NCBI GenBank assembly: GCA_937625935.1
Contig: OW569347.1
Location: 496,001 to 560,000 of the forward strand
DNA length: 64,000 bases
From: Tetramitus jugosus
Lineage: Eukaryota > Protista > Heterolobosea
Direction of reading: 5' to 3'
Shown in pieces: positions 54,550-64,000 of this stretch; position 1 is the stretch's first letter; the number at the start of each line of letters is the position of its first letter. Made by a program: the position numbers and the translations under genes. The notes under the pieces are model-generated. The model worked only from the letters and a program-made list of their open reading frames with translations. It had not been told where the DNA came from and searched no databases.

Positions 54550-56709
54550 TTACCATTCTGACTCCTCATAATCCTTCAAGAACACACCATACAGGTATTT
54601 ATTGTTTTTGATGGCTTCGTAAACGGGTTGAGTGATTCTTGCAGCAGCGTCAACTTCGTCCAGAGGAGGAGAAAAATCTCTCCCGATCTTGTTCGTTGTG
54701 GCTTGTGGGTATGGGCAGAGTTGACTGACCCACCCAGGATCAACACAAGTCATATATATTTGGTAATCAATCGCATACTTCGGTGCCATAGTCATAGTGA
54801 GCATATTTAAGCTAGATTTGCTCATGTTCGTATGTGGATGGTGACCAAACTTTTGCTTAAAGTTCTTGGAGAACAATCCTTCCACGGACGATACATTGAC
54901 AATAAATTTCTCTTTCTGAACATGTTTGATGTGCATTGTAAAGGTGGTTAGTGGATGATTGTATACAAAACAAACAAGACAAAAAATTGTACGTACATAT
55001 GGTGATTTGGTAAACAGTCCTTGCAGTTGCTTGACGAGAATAAATGGTGCCATTACATTACACATTTGAACCTCAAGTGCTTCTACTGAGGATACTGATT
55101 CGATAGAGTTCTTCCAGGTGTTGTTCGCTCTCCTATCTAACTGATCCAGTTGATCGTCTCTCTCCCCAAGAGGAAAATCAGCAGGATTGGACTCTAAATC
55201 TTCTGGGATTCTGGGGATAGCACTTAATAGGGCTGCAGGAATACTTTTCTTGGTCTGGAGAACAGTTTCTAGATGAGTTATTGCTCGATGCGCAGTTGTA
55301 TTCAGTACTTGAATTGTTTGTTGTGGGCTTGGTTGCAAGGGTCGTGCGGAGATGTCTTCGGAGCTGTTTGTAATAGATTCTAGATTCTTTTGCAACTTGT
55401 GTATCATTTCGGTTGAAGAATATTGCTTTCCAGAGGTTAGACATGCTCTCATGTGGTTCGGTAGTTGGTCCACTGGTGCTAATTCTTCCTGTATTAGAGA
55501 GGTGTAATACATTGGAGGTCTTCTAATGGTCTGAGCAGCATTATTGACTAAAATGTCTAGATGATCGAAATTATCATACATAAACTTACAGAATTCTTCA
55601 ACTGCAGTTAGATCACGCAAGTCTAATCCGTAGACTAGCAAACGATCCTTGTAGGATTCAAAATCTGCTTCAGTACTAAATCTCTTCAGGGCGTTCTGAG
55701 GAAATCTCGTAATAACAATAACCTTCGAACATTGGCCGCGCAGTAAACGAAGGGCGGTTTGATATCCAATTCTTATTCTACCACCTGTGACAATTGCAAC
55801 TCTACCTGTTAGATCACATTGCTCCAATCTCTTGTCATAATTCAATGTGGAGCAATGCTTGCACAACTTGTCATAAAAGTGATCTAGTTCAAAATATCTT
55901 CTCTTGCAAATGTAGCAATATATGCCACTGCGAAGCACATCTGATCTATTTTCTTTTTCCTCAACACCCTGCTCAATGATAGGTTCTTCCTCGGTAGATG
56001 ATACATGCGAGGTTGGAGCTTCAATCTGAAGAAATTGATTACCAGAATTGAGCGACAGGGAATATTCTGGATTGTATTGAGCCATTTTCTTATGCATTTG
56101 GTCCATATGATCAACTCTTTCCTTTCTGATACCTCTCCGTGAAATCAACTCCCTATCCATGTTTTTGGTTCTTTCTCTACGAACTTGATCATTCTTCCAT
56201 TCCTTGAGAAATTGTTCGTCTCTGAAGATGAGCTCGCGGAACAATCGATTTCCAACAACACCAATCTCGTAGTACTCTTCCCTATCGAACCACTTGATAT
56301 CATCGCTATCAGTCATTTCGATTGAGTCATCACTGCTCTCCATTACTTTTCTATTGGTTCTCTCCTCAATAATATGTTTGAATACGTTGACACAAATTTT
56401 GATTTGCTCCTCCATGCTCAACTCCTTCAAACGACTTTCCTTCAAGCTTTTGTAATCCCGATTCATTTTCTCCAATTTCTCTGTTTGGTCACGAACTTTG
56501 TCCTCTAATTGAGTCACCACTTGATCAATATCATTGTCACTATTGTTGTCCTCGGAAGGTGCAACGCATCCCTTTTCCAATGCACGCTCAAGCTGTTTCA
56601 CTTTTCTCGACTCAAATTTAAGAGAACTTTCCAAACAGGAGATTTTGAGTGTCAGCTTTTGAATCTTTTGATTCAGATCTTGAATGATCATGTCAGACGA
56701 TGGTGACAT
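54550..56709 (-). CDS. Coiled coil + Cys-rich motif + SDR oxidoreductase; probable intron 54916-54996
   Basis: CYICK..HFYDKLCKHC; VAIVTGGRIRIG, LVNNAAQT, IVNVSS.EG, HPHTNMSKS, VDPGWV. Confidence 0.88.
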   Translation of the reverse strand: MSPSSDMIIQDLNQKIQKLTLKISCLESSLKFESRKVKQLERALEKGCVAPSEDNNSDNDIDQVVTQLEDKVRDQTEKLEKMNRDYKSLKESRLKELSMEEQIKICVNVFKHIIEERTNRKVMESSDDSIEMTDSDDIKWFDREEYYEIGVVGNRLFRELIFRDEQFLKEWKNDQVRRERTKNMDRELISRRGIRKERVDHMDQMHKKMAQYNPEYSLSLNSGNQFLQIEAPTSHVSSTEEEPIIEQGVEEKENRSDVLRSGIYCYICKRRYFELDHFYDKLCKHCSTLNYDKRLEQCDLTGRVAIVTGGRIRIGYQTALRLLRGQCSKVIVITRFPQNALKRFSTEADFESYKDRLLVYGLDLRDLTAVEEFCKFMYDNFDHLDILVNNAAQTIRRPPMYYTSLIQEELAPVDQLPNHMRACLTSGKQYSSTEMIHKLQKNLESITNSSEDISARPLQPSPQQTIQVLNTTAHRAITHLETVLQTKKSIPAALLSAIPRIPEDLESNPADFPLGERDDQLDQLDRRANNTWKNSIESVSSVEALEVQMCNVMAPFILVKQLQGLFTKSPYVRTIFCLVCFVYNHPLTTFTMHIKHVQKEKFIVNVSSVEGLFSKNFKQKFGHHPHTNMSKSSLNMLTMTMAPKYAIDYQIYMTCVDPGWVSQLCPYPQATTNKIGRDFSPPLDEVDAAARITQPVYEAIKNNKYLYGVFLKDYEESEW

Positions 56710-56924
56710 TCTCTCTTGACTTGTTGTTTCAGTTTTGTTTTTTTATTGTTTGTGCTTTTGCATCAAATACGCAAGTTCGCAAGTGCAATTCCGCCAAAGC
56801 ACAGCCACACATGGAGTTCACTCTGTAAACGAAGTAAAAATCTCCTTCAGTCAGATCACACAACCAATAAAGGTAAAGTTTATTTTGCCTTCTGCCTTCA
56901 ATGATCCCATCTCACGCACACACC

Positions 56925-57401
56925 TTAATATTCTTGTCCCTTGACAATTCTTCTTGCCTTCTCATCTTCTTCTCTCTCCTTGTCCAAAGCAATAAAATCA
57001 GGCAAAGTATCCGGTATTTCCACATTTGGTCTCTTTAGCATGTGAACCAATTGTGCACCAAACAGTGCAGCACCCAATGAAACACTAAACATGACAAGGC
57101 CTTGCCTCGTGTTTAATCGCATGGAATTTGCATCTTTTAAAGCTCTTGTTGGAAGTTCAGCTCTATGATGAATTCTTGTTCGTGAGAGTGGTCTAGCTTT
57201 TGTTGTTGTTGATGATTGATGCGCAGTTGATTCTCCACCAGAGATGGTGGTCGATGTTGTTGTGGTTGAGGTGGATGAGATGGGTTGGTTTCGATTGGTG
57301 AAGGAAGTAGGTGGGAGATCAGAATCGATAATGTTTTGATATTCATTACTTTCATTATCAGATTGCATTGTTTGGTTTGATGTGTTACTCGTATTGCTCA
57401 T
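56925..57401 (-). CDS. Small single-TM hypothetical protein
   Basis: ATG 57401; S/T-rich N-terminus; LVMFSVSLGAALFGAQLV. Confidence 0.6.
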   Translation of the reverse strand: MSNTSNTSNQTMQSDNESNEYQNIIDSDLPPTSFTNRNQPISSTSTTTTSTTISGGESTAHQSSTTTKARPLSRTRIHHRAELPTRALKDANSMRLNTRQGLVMFSVSLGAALFGAQLVHMLKRPNVEIPDTLPDFIALDKEREEDEKARRIVKGQEY

Positions 57402-57552
57402 TGTCGTCTTGTCTTGGTGGTGGCGTTGCAATTCTTGTTACTTGTTCAATTTTCTGTCGGTCTGTGTGAATTAGGCCGCTTTTTGTGTCAATCCCTCTCG
57501 GTTTGAAACAACAACAAAAAACAGAAGAAAGAAGAAGAACTTTGTAGACAAC

Positions 57553-58101
57553 ATGAACACTGACTTGTACTCTCAATTGAAGGAATTTGGGTTCACTGAT
57601 GATCAAATCCTAAATGCACTCTCCACTCGTTCATTTGACACTGTGGAATCTGCTGTCGCTTTCATTTTGGAGTCTGGAGAAAGTCAACCCACCACCGCTG
57701 TAGTAGAGACCACTTCCGCGCCAAGAACTTACAACGAAGAACACAAGATGATTTTGGTGGTGCGCGATGACTTAAAAATGGGCAAGGGAAAGATTGCTGC
57801 TCAATGCTGTCATGCCGCCGTTGGTGTCTACAGGAAAATCATATTCTCCGGCAATGCACAATGGAAGATTTGGGTCAATACATGGCAGGATATTGCTGAG
57901 GCCAAGGTAGCTCTCAAGTGCAACTCTGAAAAGGAGATGGATGACTTGGAGAAGAAGGCTATTGAGTGTGGTTTGCCTACAATGTTGATCGTGGATGCAG
58001 GAAGGACTCAAATCGCTCCCAACTCAAAGACTGTGCTCAGTATTGGACCAGCTCCTGTCTCAGTGATCAATCAAGTCACTAGTCACCTCAGACTCCTTTA
58101 G
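57553..58101 (+). CDS. PTRH2: Peptidyl-tRNA hydrolase 2 with N-terminal UBA-like domain
   Basis: LKEFGF...VESAVAFIL (UBA); KMILVVR.DLKMGKGKIAAQCCHA, DAGRTQI. Confidence 0.95.
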   Translation: MNTDLYSQLKEFGFTDDQILNALSTRSFDTVESAVAFILESGESQPTTAVVETTSAPRTYNEEHKMILVVRDDLKMGKGKIAAQCCHAAVGVYRKIIFSGNAQWKIWVNTWQDIAEAKVALKCNSEKEMDDLEKKAIECGLPTMLIVDAGRTQIAPNSKTVLSIGPAPVSVINQVTSHLRLL

Positions 58102-58353
58102 AGCTCTTTTTATGCTCGTCCATCTCCCTTTTATACTTACCCGAGGAATACAAAAAAGAATGATAAAAACTCCGCTGTTGTCCTTCTTCTCTCAAAGGAA
58201 CAAATGATGCGAAATTCTGAACTTTGTTCGATGAATCGACAGGATCGCTCTGACACATTCGTGCGCGGACAGAAAAAGCAGAAAAGAAACAACCACACAC
58301 ACGTCAACACATCATCACTCAACAAGAACCACACACACACAAATTGAAAAAAC

Positions 58354-60330
58354 ATGTCGTTCAATGATTCTGTTCACTTGCACACAGACATTGACAGTGA
58401 AGATGTAGTCATTACACCGAGACAGTTTGATCCAAGAGAAGTTAAATCACCACTATCGACTCACGATGGTGATGATCTCTCTACAGCCACAAACAATAAT
58501 AACAATGAAAATGAAAATAATGAAAATAATGAAAATAATGAAAATGGTGATAGTGATGGTGATGGTGGAAGACAACAATGGGGCAATCACATTGCATTCC
58601 TGTTGGCCAGTATTGGTGCAGCTATCGGGTTCGGTAATTTTTTCCGGTTTCCCTACTTGACTTACTCGAATGGTGGTGGAGCATTCTTGATACCGTACTG
58701 CTTTGCTCTGTTCATCATGGGTATACCACTGTTGTTGATGGAGTTGTCCGTGGGGCAAATTATGAGAAAGGGACCAATGATGGCGATGCGATTGTTGAAT
58801 AAGCGATCAGGTGGCGTAGGGTTGGCCGCTGCACTGTTTGGCAGTTTTTTCATTTGTTCGTACTATACAGTGTTGTTGGCATGGGTGCTCGTGTACATGT
58901 TCTATACGTGCAGACGAGAGTTGCCATGGTCCGGTCGCTCCGAAGAGTTTTTCTTTCAGACCGTGTTGCATCGGTCTGATTCGATTACGGATCTCGTGGG
59001 AACAGGTATTGTCAGCTGGCCCGTACTAGGTTCCTTGGCTATCGTGTGGTTTCTCATTTATTTCTGTGTTTGGAGAGGTGTAAAGTCCACTGGATTTGTC
59101 TCATATTTTACGGTGCCTCTCCCGTTTGTGCTGTTGGCGATTCTGTTGGTTCGAGCACTGTTTTTGGATGGTGCCATTACGGGAATCACCTATTATTTGA
59201 AACCTGATTTTAGTTTGCTCAAGAACCCGAGTATATGGTTGGCTGCAGCTGGTCAAATCTTTTTCTCACTTGGTATTGCTTCTGGTGTCATGACATCGTT
59301 CGGATCATACAACAAGCCCAATCAGGACTTGGTGCGAGATAATTTGATTGTTTGTGTAACGAATTGCAGCTTTAGTTTCTTTGCTGGTTTTGCAGTGTTT
59401 GCAATTCTAGGATACATGGCTCACTCAATAGGAACAACAGTGGATAAGGTAACTACTAGTGGTATAGGTCTTGCGTTCGTCGTGTTTCCAGATGCAGTTT
59501 CATTGATGCCTGCACCGCACGTGTTTGCCATCATGCTCTTTCTGACCATGTTTTCTCTGGGTATTGATTCTGCTTTTGCATTAGTCGAATCACTGAATGC
59601 TGTTATTCATGACAAGTTTCCACATTGGAATCTTGCATGGGTTTCCATGGCCGTGTGCTCGATCGGTTTCCTCACTGGTATTCCATACTGTCTAACGAAT
59701 GGAATATTTTTGATGGATGCAGTTGATCATTATATTAGTGACTATTGCTTACCGATGATTGCTGTTGCAGAATGTATTATAGTTGGGTGGTGCGCTGGAT
59801 CAAAGAGTTTCCGAGAGTCACTCGCTGAAGAGCTACAATCAGCAAATCCTGCAATTGATCAATCAACCAACAACGAAGGAGATACTGAAACTGTTCCAGA
59901 TTATTCCCTGAGCTGGAAGACAAAACTTGTCACATTCCTAAAGTTATTCTTCAGCTACAGCATAGAAGAGTTCCGGATGAAGATTAAGAGTGTTTCGAGG
60001 ATTGGACCTTTCATATGGTGGAGCATTGGAATCAAATTTACCATTCCCATTATTCTGTCGATCTTGTGGCTTACTCAGTTCGTGAATGAGTTGTCCGAGA
60101 TGGTACGCATTGGCAGACTAGATATCCTGAACTTGATACTCGGCTTGTCCATTCCTTTTGGCTGTTTGGCAGTCATTCTTGGTCCAGCATTCTTTCCGGA
60201 TGGTGTCAGTGTTTCACTCCCCCAGCTTTTGCGACGCAAAACAAGTGAACACAGACAGCACTTGACCAAGGTTTCATCTTCACCATCGGAGATAAATTAT
60301 GACGACGAACAAACAAGCACCAACCTGTAA
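58354..60330 (+). CDS. SLC6/NSS sodium-dependent transporter
   Basis: GAAIGFGNFFRFPY..NGGGAFLIPY, AAGQIFFSLG, GIGLAFVVFP, LGIDS. Confidence 0.96.
   Translation: MSFNDSVHLHTDIDSEDVVITPRQFDPREVKSPLSTHDGDDLSTATNNNNNENENNENNENNENGDSDGDGGRQQWGNHIAFLLASIGAAIGFGNFFRFPYLTYSNGGGAFLIPYCFALFIMGIPLLLMELSVGQIMRKGPMMAMRLLNKRSGGVGLAAALFGSFFICSYYTVLLAWVLVYMFYTCRRELPWSGRSEEFFFQTVLHRSDSITDLVGTGIVSWPVLGSLAIVWFLIYFCVWRGVKSTGFVSYFTVPLPFVLLAILLVRALFLDGAITGITYYLKPDFSLLKNPSIWLAAAGQIFFSLGIASGVMTSFGSYNKPNQDLVRDNLIVCVTNCSFSFFAGFAVFAILGYMAHSIGTTVDKVTTSGIGLAFVVFPDAVSLMPAPHVFAIMLFLTMFSLGIDSAFALVESLNAVIHDKFPHWNLAWVSMAVCSIGFLTGIPYCLTNGIFLMDAVDHYISDYCLPMIAVAECIIVGWCAGSKSFRESLAEELQSANPAIDQSTNNEGDTETVPDYSLSWKTKLVTFLKLFFSYSIEEFRMKIKSVSRIGPFIWWSIGIKFTIPIILSILWLTQFVNELSEMVRIGRLDILNLILGLSIPFGCLAVILGPAFFPDGVSVSLPQLLRRKTSEHRQHLTKVSSSPSEINYDDEQTSTNL
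58504..58545 (+). repeat. Coding tandem repeat (AATGAAAAT)n encoding NEN
   Basis: aatgaaaatgaaaataatgaaaataatgaaaataatgaaaat. Confidence 0.7.
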
Positions 60331-60609
60331 TATTAAATCACCAAACATCCTCAAAAATCATCCAGTTTTTTTTGGAACTTATTTCTTCTTGCCTTTTTTG
60401 CTGCCGGAAGATTTGAACTTGCGGGACTTGCACCTCCAGAATGTTGTGGAAATAGGTCATTTTGCAGGACATCATCCTTCAATGTATGCATTGCGGGAGC
60501 CTCCTGCATGCAAGTGACAAAGATATAAATTGATTCTCAAAGTGACAATGTTTGTCTGTAACCAACACAACAACACAATAACATAACAACACACTGTCAT
60601 CTAGTAACA

Positions 60610-61644
60610 ATGTCATATTACACAATTGGAAGAGGTGTCGTACAGTACGCATGCGATAGTATTGTCACTCTATTGGCGGTTATTGCCTCAGTAGTAGTAG
60701 GTCTATTGAATCCTCTCTGGAACAAGAGAGTATCAAAGGAAAGAATGCCTGTAAAGGGTCAAAAGTATTGCATCCTGGTGACTGGAGCTTCGAGTGGAAT
60801 CGGTAGATCCTTGGTCATCGAATTTGCCAAAAAGTATTCTGCAAGCAAGGGATACGTGATCACTTATTGTCTAATTGGTATCAATTTAAAACGATTGATG
60901 AATGTTCAATCTGAGTTGGTGAATTTGGGTGTCTCTCAAGCAAGGATTCACTATGATACCATTGATGTCTCTGATACTCAAGCCATGAGGTCTCTCATTC
61001 TTAAAAAGGAAGAAGAGTGTGATGGTATTAATTTTATCATCGCGAATGCTGGTGTGAGTGAGTTCGGTCTCAAGCAACGATCTCCAGACAGTTCATTTGA
61101 AGCGATGCAACATCAAATCTTTGGCATTAACCTTACGGGAGTCATTAACACAGTCGCACCAATTGTAAACCAACTGGTCCTTCCTTTGACCTCTCAGTCT
61201 CCTTCACATTTGGTCACACCAAGCACCATTGACTTGCCATTCAAGGTTATGAAGAGCTATCGAGCTGGTCAACCTTTAAACATTTGCATCGTGAGCTCCT
61301 CCGCAGCAGAGTTGTCCATGTATGGTGCATATGCTACCTCGAAGCGAGCGGTGTACGATTATGCTAGATACTTGCGCTACCAATTGTATCCTAACTCGGA
61401 TGTTAATGTTTCAGTAGTAATTCCTGGCTGGATCAAAACAGCAATGACTGATGCGTATACTGGAAGAAGAGACATGGGGGATGGTGCTGATCCTGAAGAA
61501 TTGGCAGAACACGTATTCTCTGGAGTCGAAAGCGAGGATCCCTTCATCATCTTCCCAAGATCCAAATACATGATTGTCCGAGGTATCAATTCACTCCCAC
61601 CTGATCTGCTAGATAGTCTCTTGTTCAGGGAAAAGCCAATGTGA
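60610..61644 (+). CDS. Membrane-anchored short-chain dehydrogenase/reductase
   Basis: LVTGASSGIG, IANAG, VSS, YATSK, PGWIKT. Confidence 0.92.
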   Translation: MSYYTIGRGVVQYACDSIVTLLAVIASVVVGLLNPLWNKRVSKERMPVKGQKYCILVTGASSGIGRSLVIEFAKKYSASKGYVITYCLIGINLKRLMNVQSELVNLGVSQARIHYDTIDVSDTQAMRSLILKKEEECDGINFIIANAGVSEFGLKQRSPDSSFEAMQHQIFGINLTGVINTVAPIVNQLVLPLTSQSPSHLVTPSTIDLPFKVMKSYRAGQPLNICIVSSSAAELSMYGAYATSKRAVYDYARYLRYQLYPNSDVNVSVVIPGWIKTAMTDAYTGRRDMGDGADPEELAEHVFSGVESEDPFIIFPRSKYMIVRGINSLPPDLLDSLLFREKPM

Positions 61645-61684
61645 GGTCAAGACTTGAATACATTTCCCTGATTGTAAATAAATT

Positions 61685-63943
61685 TTATAAAGTATGTTTA
61701 GAAAAGACTTTGTGATTAGGTACGTGTTCCAAGACTTCTCGCATATGTTGATTAGCCTCTTCTTTCAATCCCAATTTGGATTCCAGCTTAGCTAAGTCAG
61801 CCAAAGCAAATACAGTGCTTCCTCTAATGTTTAACTGTTTGCCTGTTTCTATTGCTTCTTTGAGTAGTTGTAGAGCTTGGGTATGCTTCTTCTCATCCAC
61901 TGCAAACACTCTAGCCATTGCATATTTGAGCTGGAAGTTCAACTCGTCCACAATAAATGAGTTATCTGTGGTCTCTCTTAATGTTCTCTCAACAAGGGCA
62001 AGGTCATTTGTTGCTGCTATGAATTGACCTAAATTGGCCAATACAACAGCTCTCATCATCAGTGCCTCAATATTCTCATAAGATTTGGAATTATTAGTAG
62101 CTTCAACATACGTGTTCGCGACCTTAAGAGCAAGTTGGAAATCCTTGCCCCAGTCAGTCAAAATACGCAACTCAAGATCATACACAGAAACAAGCAGATC
62201 GGATGATCCAGATTTCATATGTGGTTCAGCATTCTTTCTATAATAGTCTAGCGCACCTTCATAATCACCATTCCATCGCTTACAACTACTGATTAATAAG
62301 TGTCGTAGCAACTGGAGATCATTCTTTTCTTGTTGAGAGATCTTCATTCTTCTCAAAAGGCTCGGCATTCGATTACAGAATTCTTCCAACTCATCATATC
62401 GAGCTAGATACAGCAGACAGTTGATATGCTCCTTTATTACATCGGGCATGTGCTCTGGTGATAACGATTCGACCATCTTGATATCTTCTAGCGCTTTTTC
62501 AAAATTTCGAACTTGGTAATAGCACGTGCTTCTCATTAAATAAACACCAGGAGTTGCCATTTCATTCTCGGTGCACTTATTGAATGCTTCCAAAGCTTCT
62601 TCATATCTCTCTTCCTTACTCAAGCAAATCGCGTAAATGAGTTGCGCTTTCTCTCTCACCTCACCTTCGACATCCATCGACAATAACTGCTCTGCATCCT
62701 TCATTGCATTCGCTATTTTTCCTCTCTCCATATAAATAAGAGCTCTCAACTCTAATGAAGGATGATTTCCATCTCTCAGGATTTCATTCAAATCCTTTAG
62801 TGCCATCTCCTTCCGATTCTTCAAATAATGAATGTTGGCTCTTGTGGCCAACTCGGATCTCAATTGCTCATTCACGGTGTCTAATAGTTTTTCTCTCTCT
62901 GACTCGTAAATTGACTCATCCATTCGAATTTCTTCCAACTTGTTTCGCAATCGCTCATCAATTAAAAAATTAATGTATAACAGAGCCTTGTCCAATCGAT
63001 TCAAGCTCATCAATGCTTCTACTCGCAAGCTACAAACATCATTCAAATCAAAGAAGATATCATCCTGGTCAATATACCTTTCCAACACTGGTTCCATCGC
63101 CAACACCCTATCACTATAACTCAAAACTTTGGAGTACTCTGTCAATCGATACAAAACAGTTGTGTACTGCTTACCAACAAACAGTTTCCATCCGAGAACA
63201 AATTGATGATCTTTCAACTCTTCTTCACTCAATTCCTCAGCATCCTTCATACTCAATGACTCTTCTCTCTCTGACAATACTTGGGTCCACTGATCCAAGA
63301 CTTGTTTTGCTTCCAATAATGAGTTCTCATCTCCCGTATCAATCAAATCGATAAGTGTCTTGGTATGAGACTCCAAATCAAACTCTGCTTCTTCTGCTCC
63401 TTCTTCTTCCTCTCCTGTTCTAAAGGGCAAAAATTCTCCACTCTGAAGAAAAGCATTCATCTCATCATAGTCATTATCTCCCAAAATGGGATAACCATTC
63501 GTGTCTTGTGTTCTGGCTTTGGCCTTCGTTGTACCTGAGGTCTTTGTGGCCTTCTTTGTGGTCTTTGTAGTAGTAGTTGGAGTCACTAGATCCTCTTCAT
63601 TTTCAACTTGAATATCAATAATGTTTTGATTGGCATATCTCTGTTCTTGTTGCTGCTGTTGTTGATGTAGCTTTTGAAGCTTTTGTTGTTGTTTGAGTAG
63701 CCAACCATCGAGAGTGGCAACTGAAAGCTTTTTCTTCTTGATTGTTGTTGTTGTTGTCGTCTTTTTCTTCTTTATTGGATGCAAAATGGGAGAGCATGTG
63801 GTGGAGAAGCACAACAGAGCTTGTTGTCGTTGAGTTATTGTTGTTTCATGTTGGCAGATCAGGAGGGGGACATTGGATCGATGGGTAGCGATCTTGAATT
63901 GTGGTTGTTGGTGCGAGAGTTGCTTGAGGATAAATGGGATCAT
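61685..63943 (-). CDS. TPR-repeat protein, possible mitochondrial presequence
   Basis: Multiple TPR helices (YLMRSTCYYQVRNFEKALEDI, ALMMRAVVLANLGQFIAA). Confidence 0.85.
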   Translation of the reverse strand: MIPFILKQLSHQQPQFKIATHRSNVPLLICQHETTITQRQQALLCFSTTCSPILHPIKKKKTTTTTTIKKKKLSVATLDGWLLKQQQKLQKLHQQQQQQEQRYANQNIIDIQVENEEDLVTPTTTTKTTKKATKTSGTTKAKARTQDTNGYPILGDNDYDEMNAFLQSGEFLPFRTGEEEEGAEEAEFDLESHTKTLIDLIDTGDENSLLEAKQVLDQWTQVLSEREESLSMKDAEELSEEELKDHQFVLGWKLFVGKQYTTVLYRLTEYSKVLSYSDRVLAMEPVLERYIDQDDIFFDLNDVCSLRVEALMSLNRLDKALLYINFLIDERLRNKLEEIRMDESIYESEREKLLDTVNEQLRSELATRANIHYLKNRKEMALKDLNEILRDGNHPSLELRALIYMERGKIANAMKDAEQLLSMDVEGEVREKAQLIYAICLSKEERYEEALEAFNKCTENEMATPGVYLMRSTCYYQVRNFEKALEDIKMVESLSPEHMPDVIKEHINCLLYLARYDELEEFCNRMPSLLRRMKISQQEKNDLQLLRHLLISSCKRWNGDYEGALDYYRKNAEPHMKSGSSDLLVSVYDLELRILTDWGKDFQLALKVANTYVEATNNSKSYENIEALMMRAVVLANLGQFIAATNDLALVERTLRETTDNSFIVDELNFQLKYAMARVFAVDEKKHTQALQLLKEAIETGKQLNIRGSTVFALADLAKLESKLGLKEEANQHMREVLEHVPNHKVFSKHTL

Positions 63944-64000
63944 TGCTTGTGGTTGGTTTTTGAGTGTGAAAAAAATAGAAATTTGAAGTTGTTGATTGTT

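Noticed and set aside
60351-60509. 52-aa minus-strand ORF, or a TGA-containing selenoprotein frame
   Set aside because: Short, no recognisable motif, no SECIS seen
856-63812. Many ORF-track entries antisense or out of frame to conserved genes (e.g. 30173-31243, 39492-40286, 48309-48878, 19479-20012)
   Set aside because: Shadow ORFs from codon bias and CAA/TTG repeats; no motifs
1-64000. Stop-codon reassignment, CRISPR array, rRNA or transposase
   Set aside because: TAA, TAG and TGA all end conserved genes; in-frame stops occur only in decayed genes; no spaced repeats, rRNA or transposase motifs seen

Overview
Gene-dense eukaryotic genomic DNA from a unicellular protist. It has about 38 protein genes, short intergenic regions, A/CAA-rich leaders before ATG, and few short GT-AG introns with CTAAC-like branch points. 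Standard code fits all conserved genes. The style resembles Naegleria/heteroloboseans, but that taxonomy is inference only. Most of the window is housekeeping: RRM protein, Rab GDI, RhoGEF, tubby, UGDH, RPP21, ETF-QO, thiolase, Lunapark, DENN, oxoglutarate carrier, tRNA-Gln, PEF, DPB4, cNMP-gated channel, LMW-PTP, prolidase, RPL15, PTH2, SLC6, SDRs and a TPR protein. The most unusual part is 16-26 kb. It holds (i) three adjacent secreted or membrane-anchored genes, two with bacterial-type domains: a peptidoglycan-binding + YkuD L,D-transpeptidase, a MICAL-like flavoenzyme and a TolB/PD40 propeller; and (ii) a ~4 kb accessory island bounded by a 10-bp direct repeat. The island carries a prokaryote-type MNT-HEPN (MntA/HepT, DUF86) toxin-antitoxin-like module: a HEPN gene and an MNT gene head-to-head, plus a second, decayed MNT that the ORF track does not show. 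Other notable items are a three-way-junction RNA fold beside a cryptic 5' splice site in the RRM-gene intron, a tRNA-Gln with U1-A72, a PTS2-bearing FadI/HADHB-type thiolase, a CDGSH protein lacking the His ligand, and hidden pseudogenes. All domain calls come from motif recognition by eye; no database searches were run.
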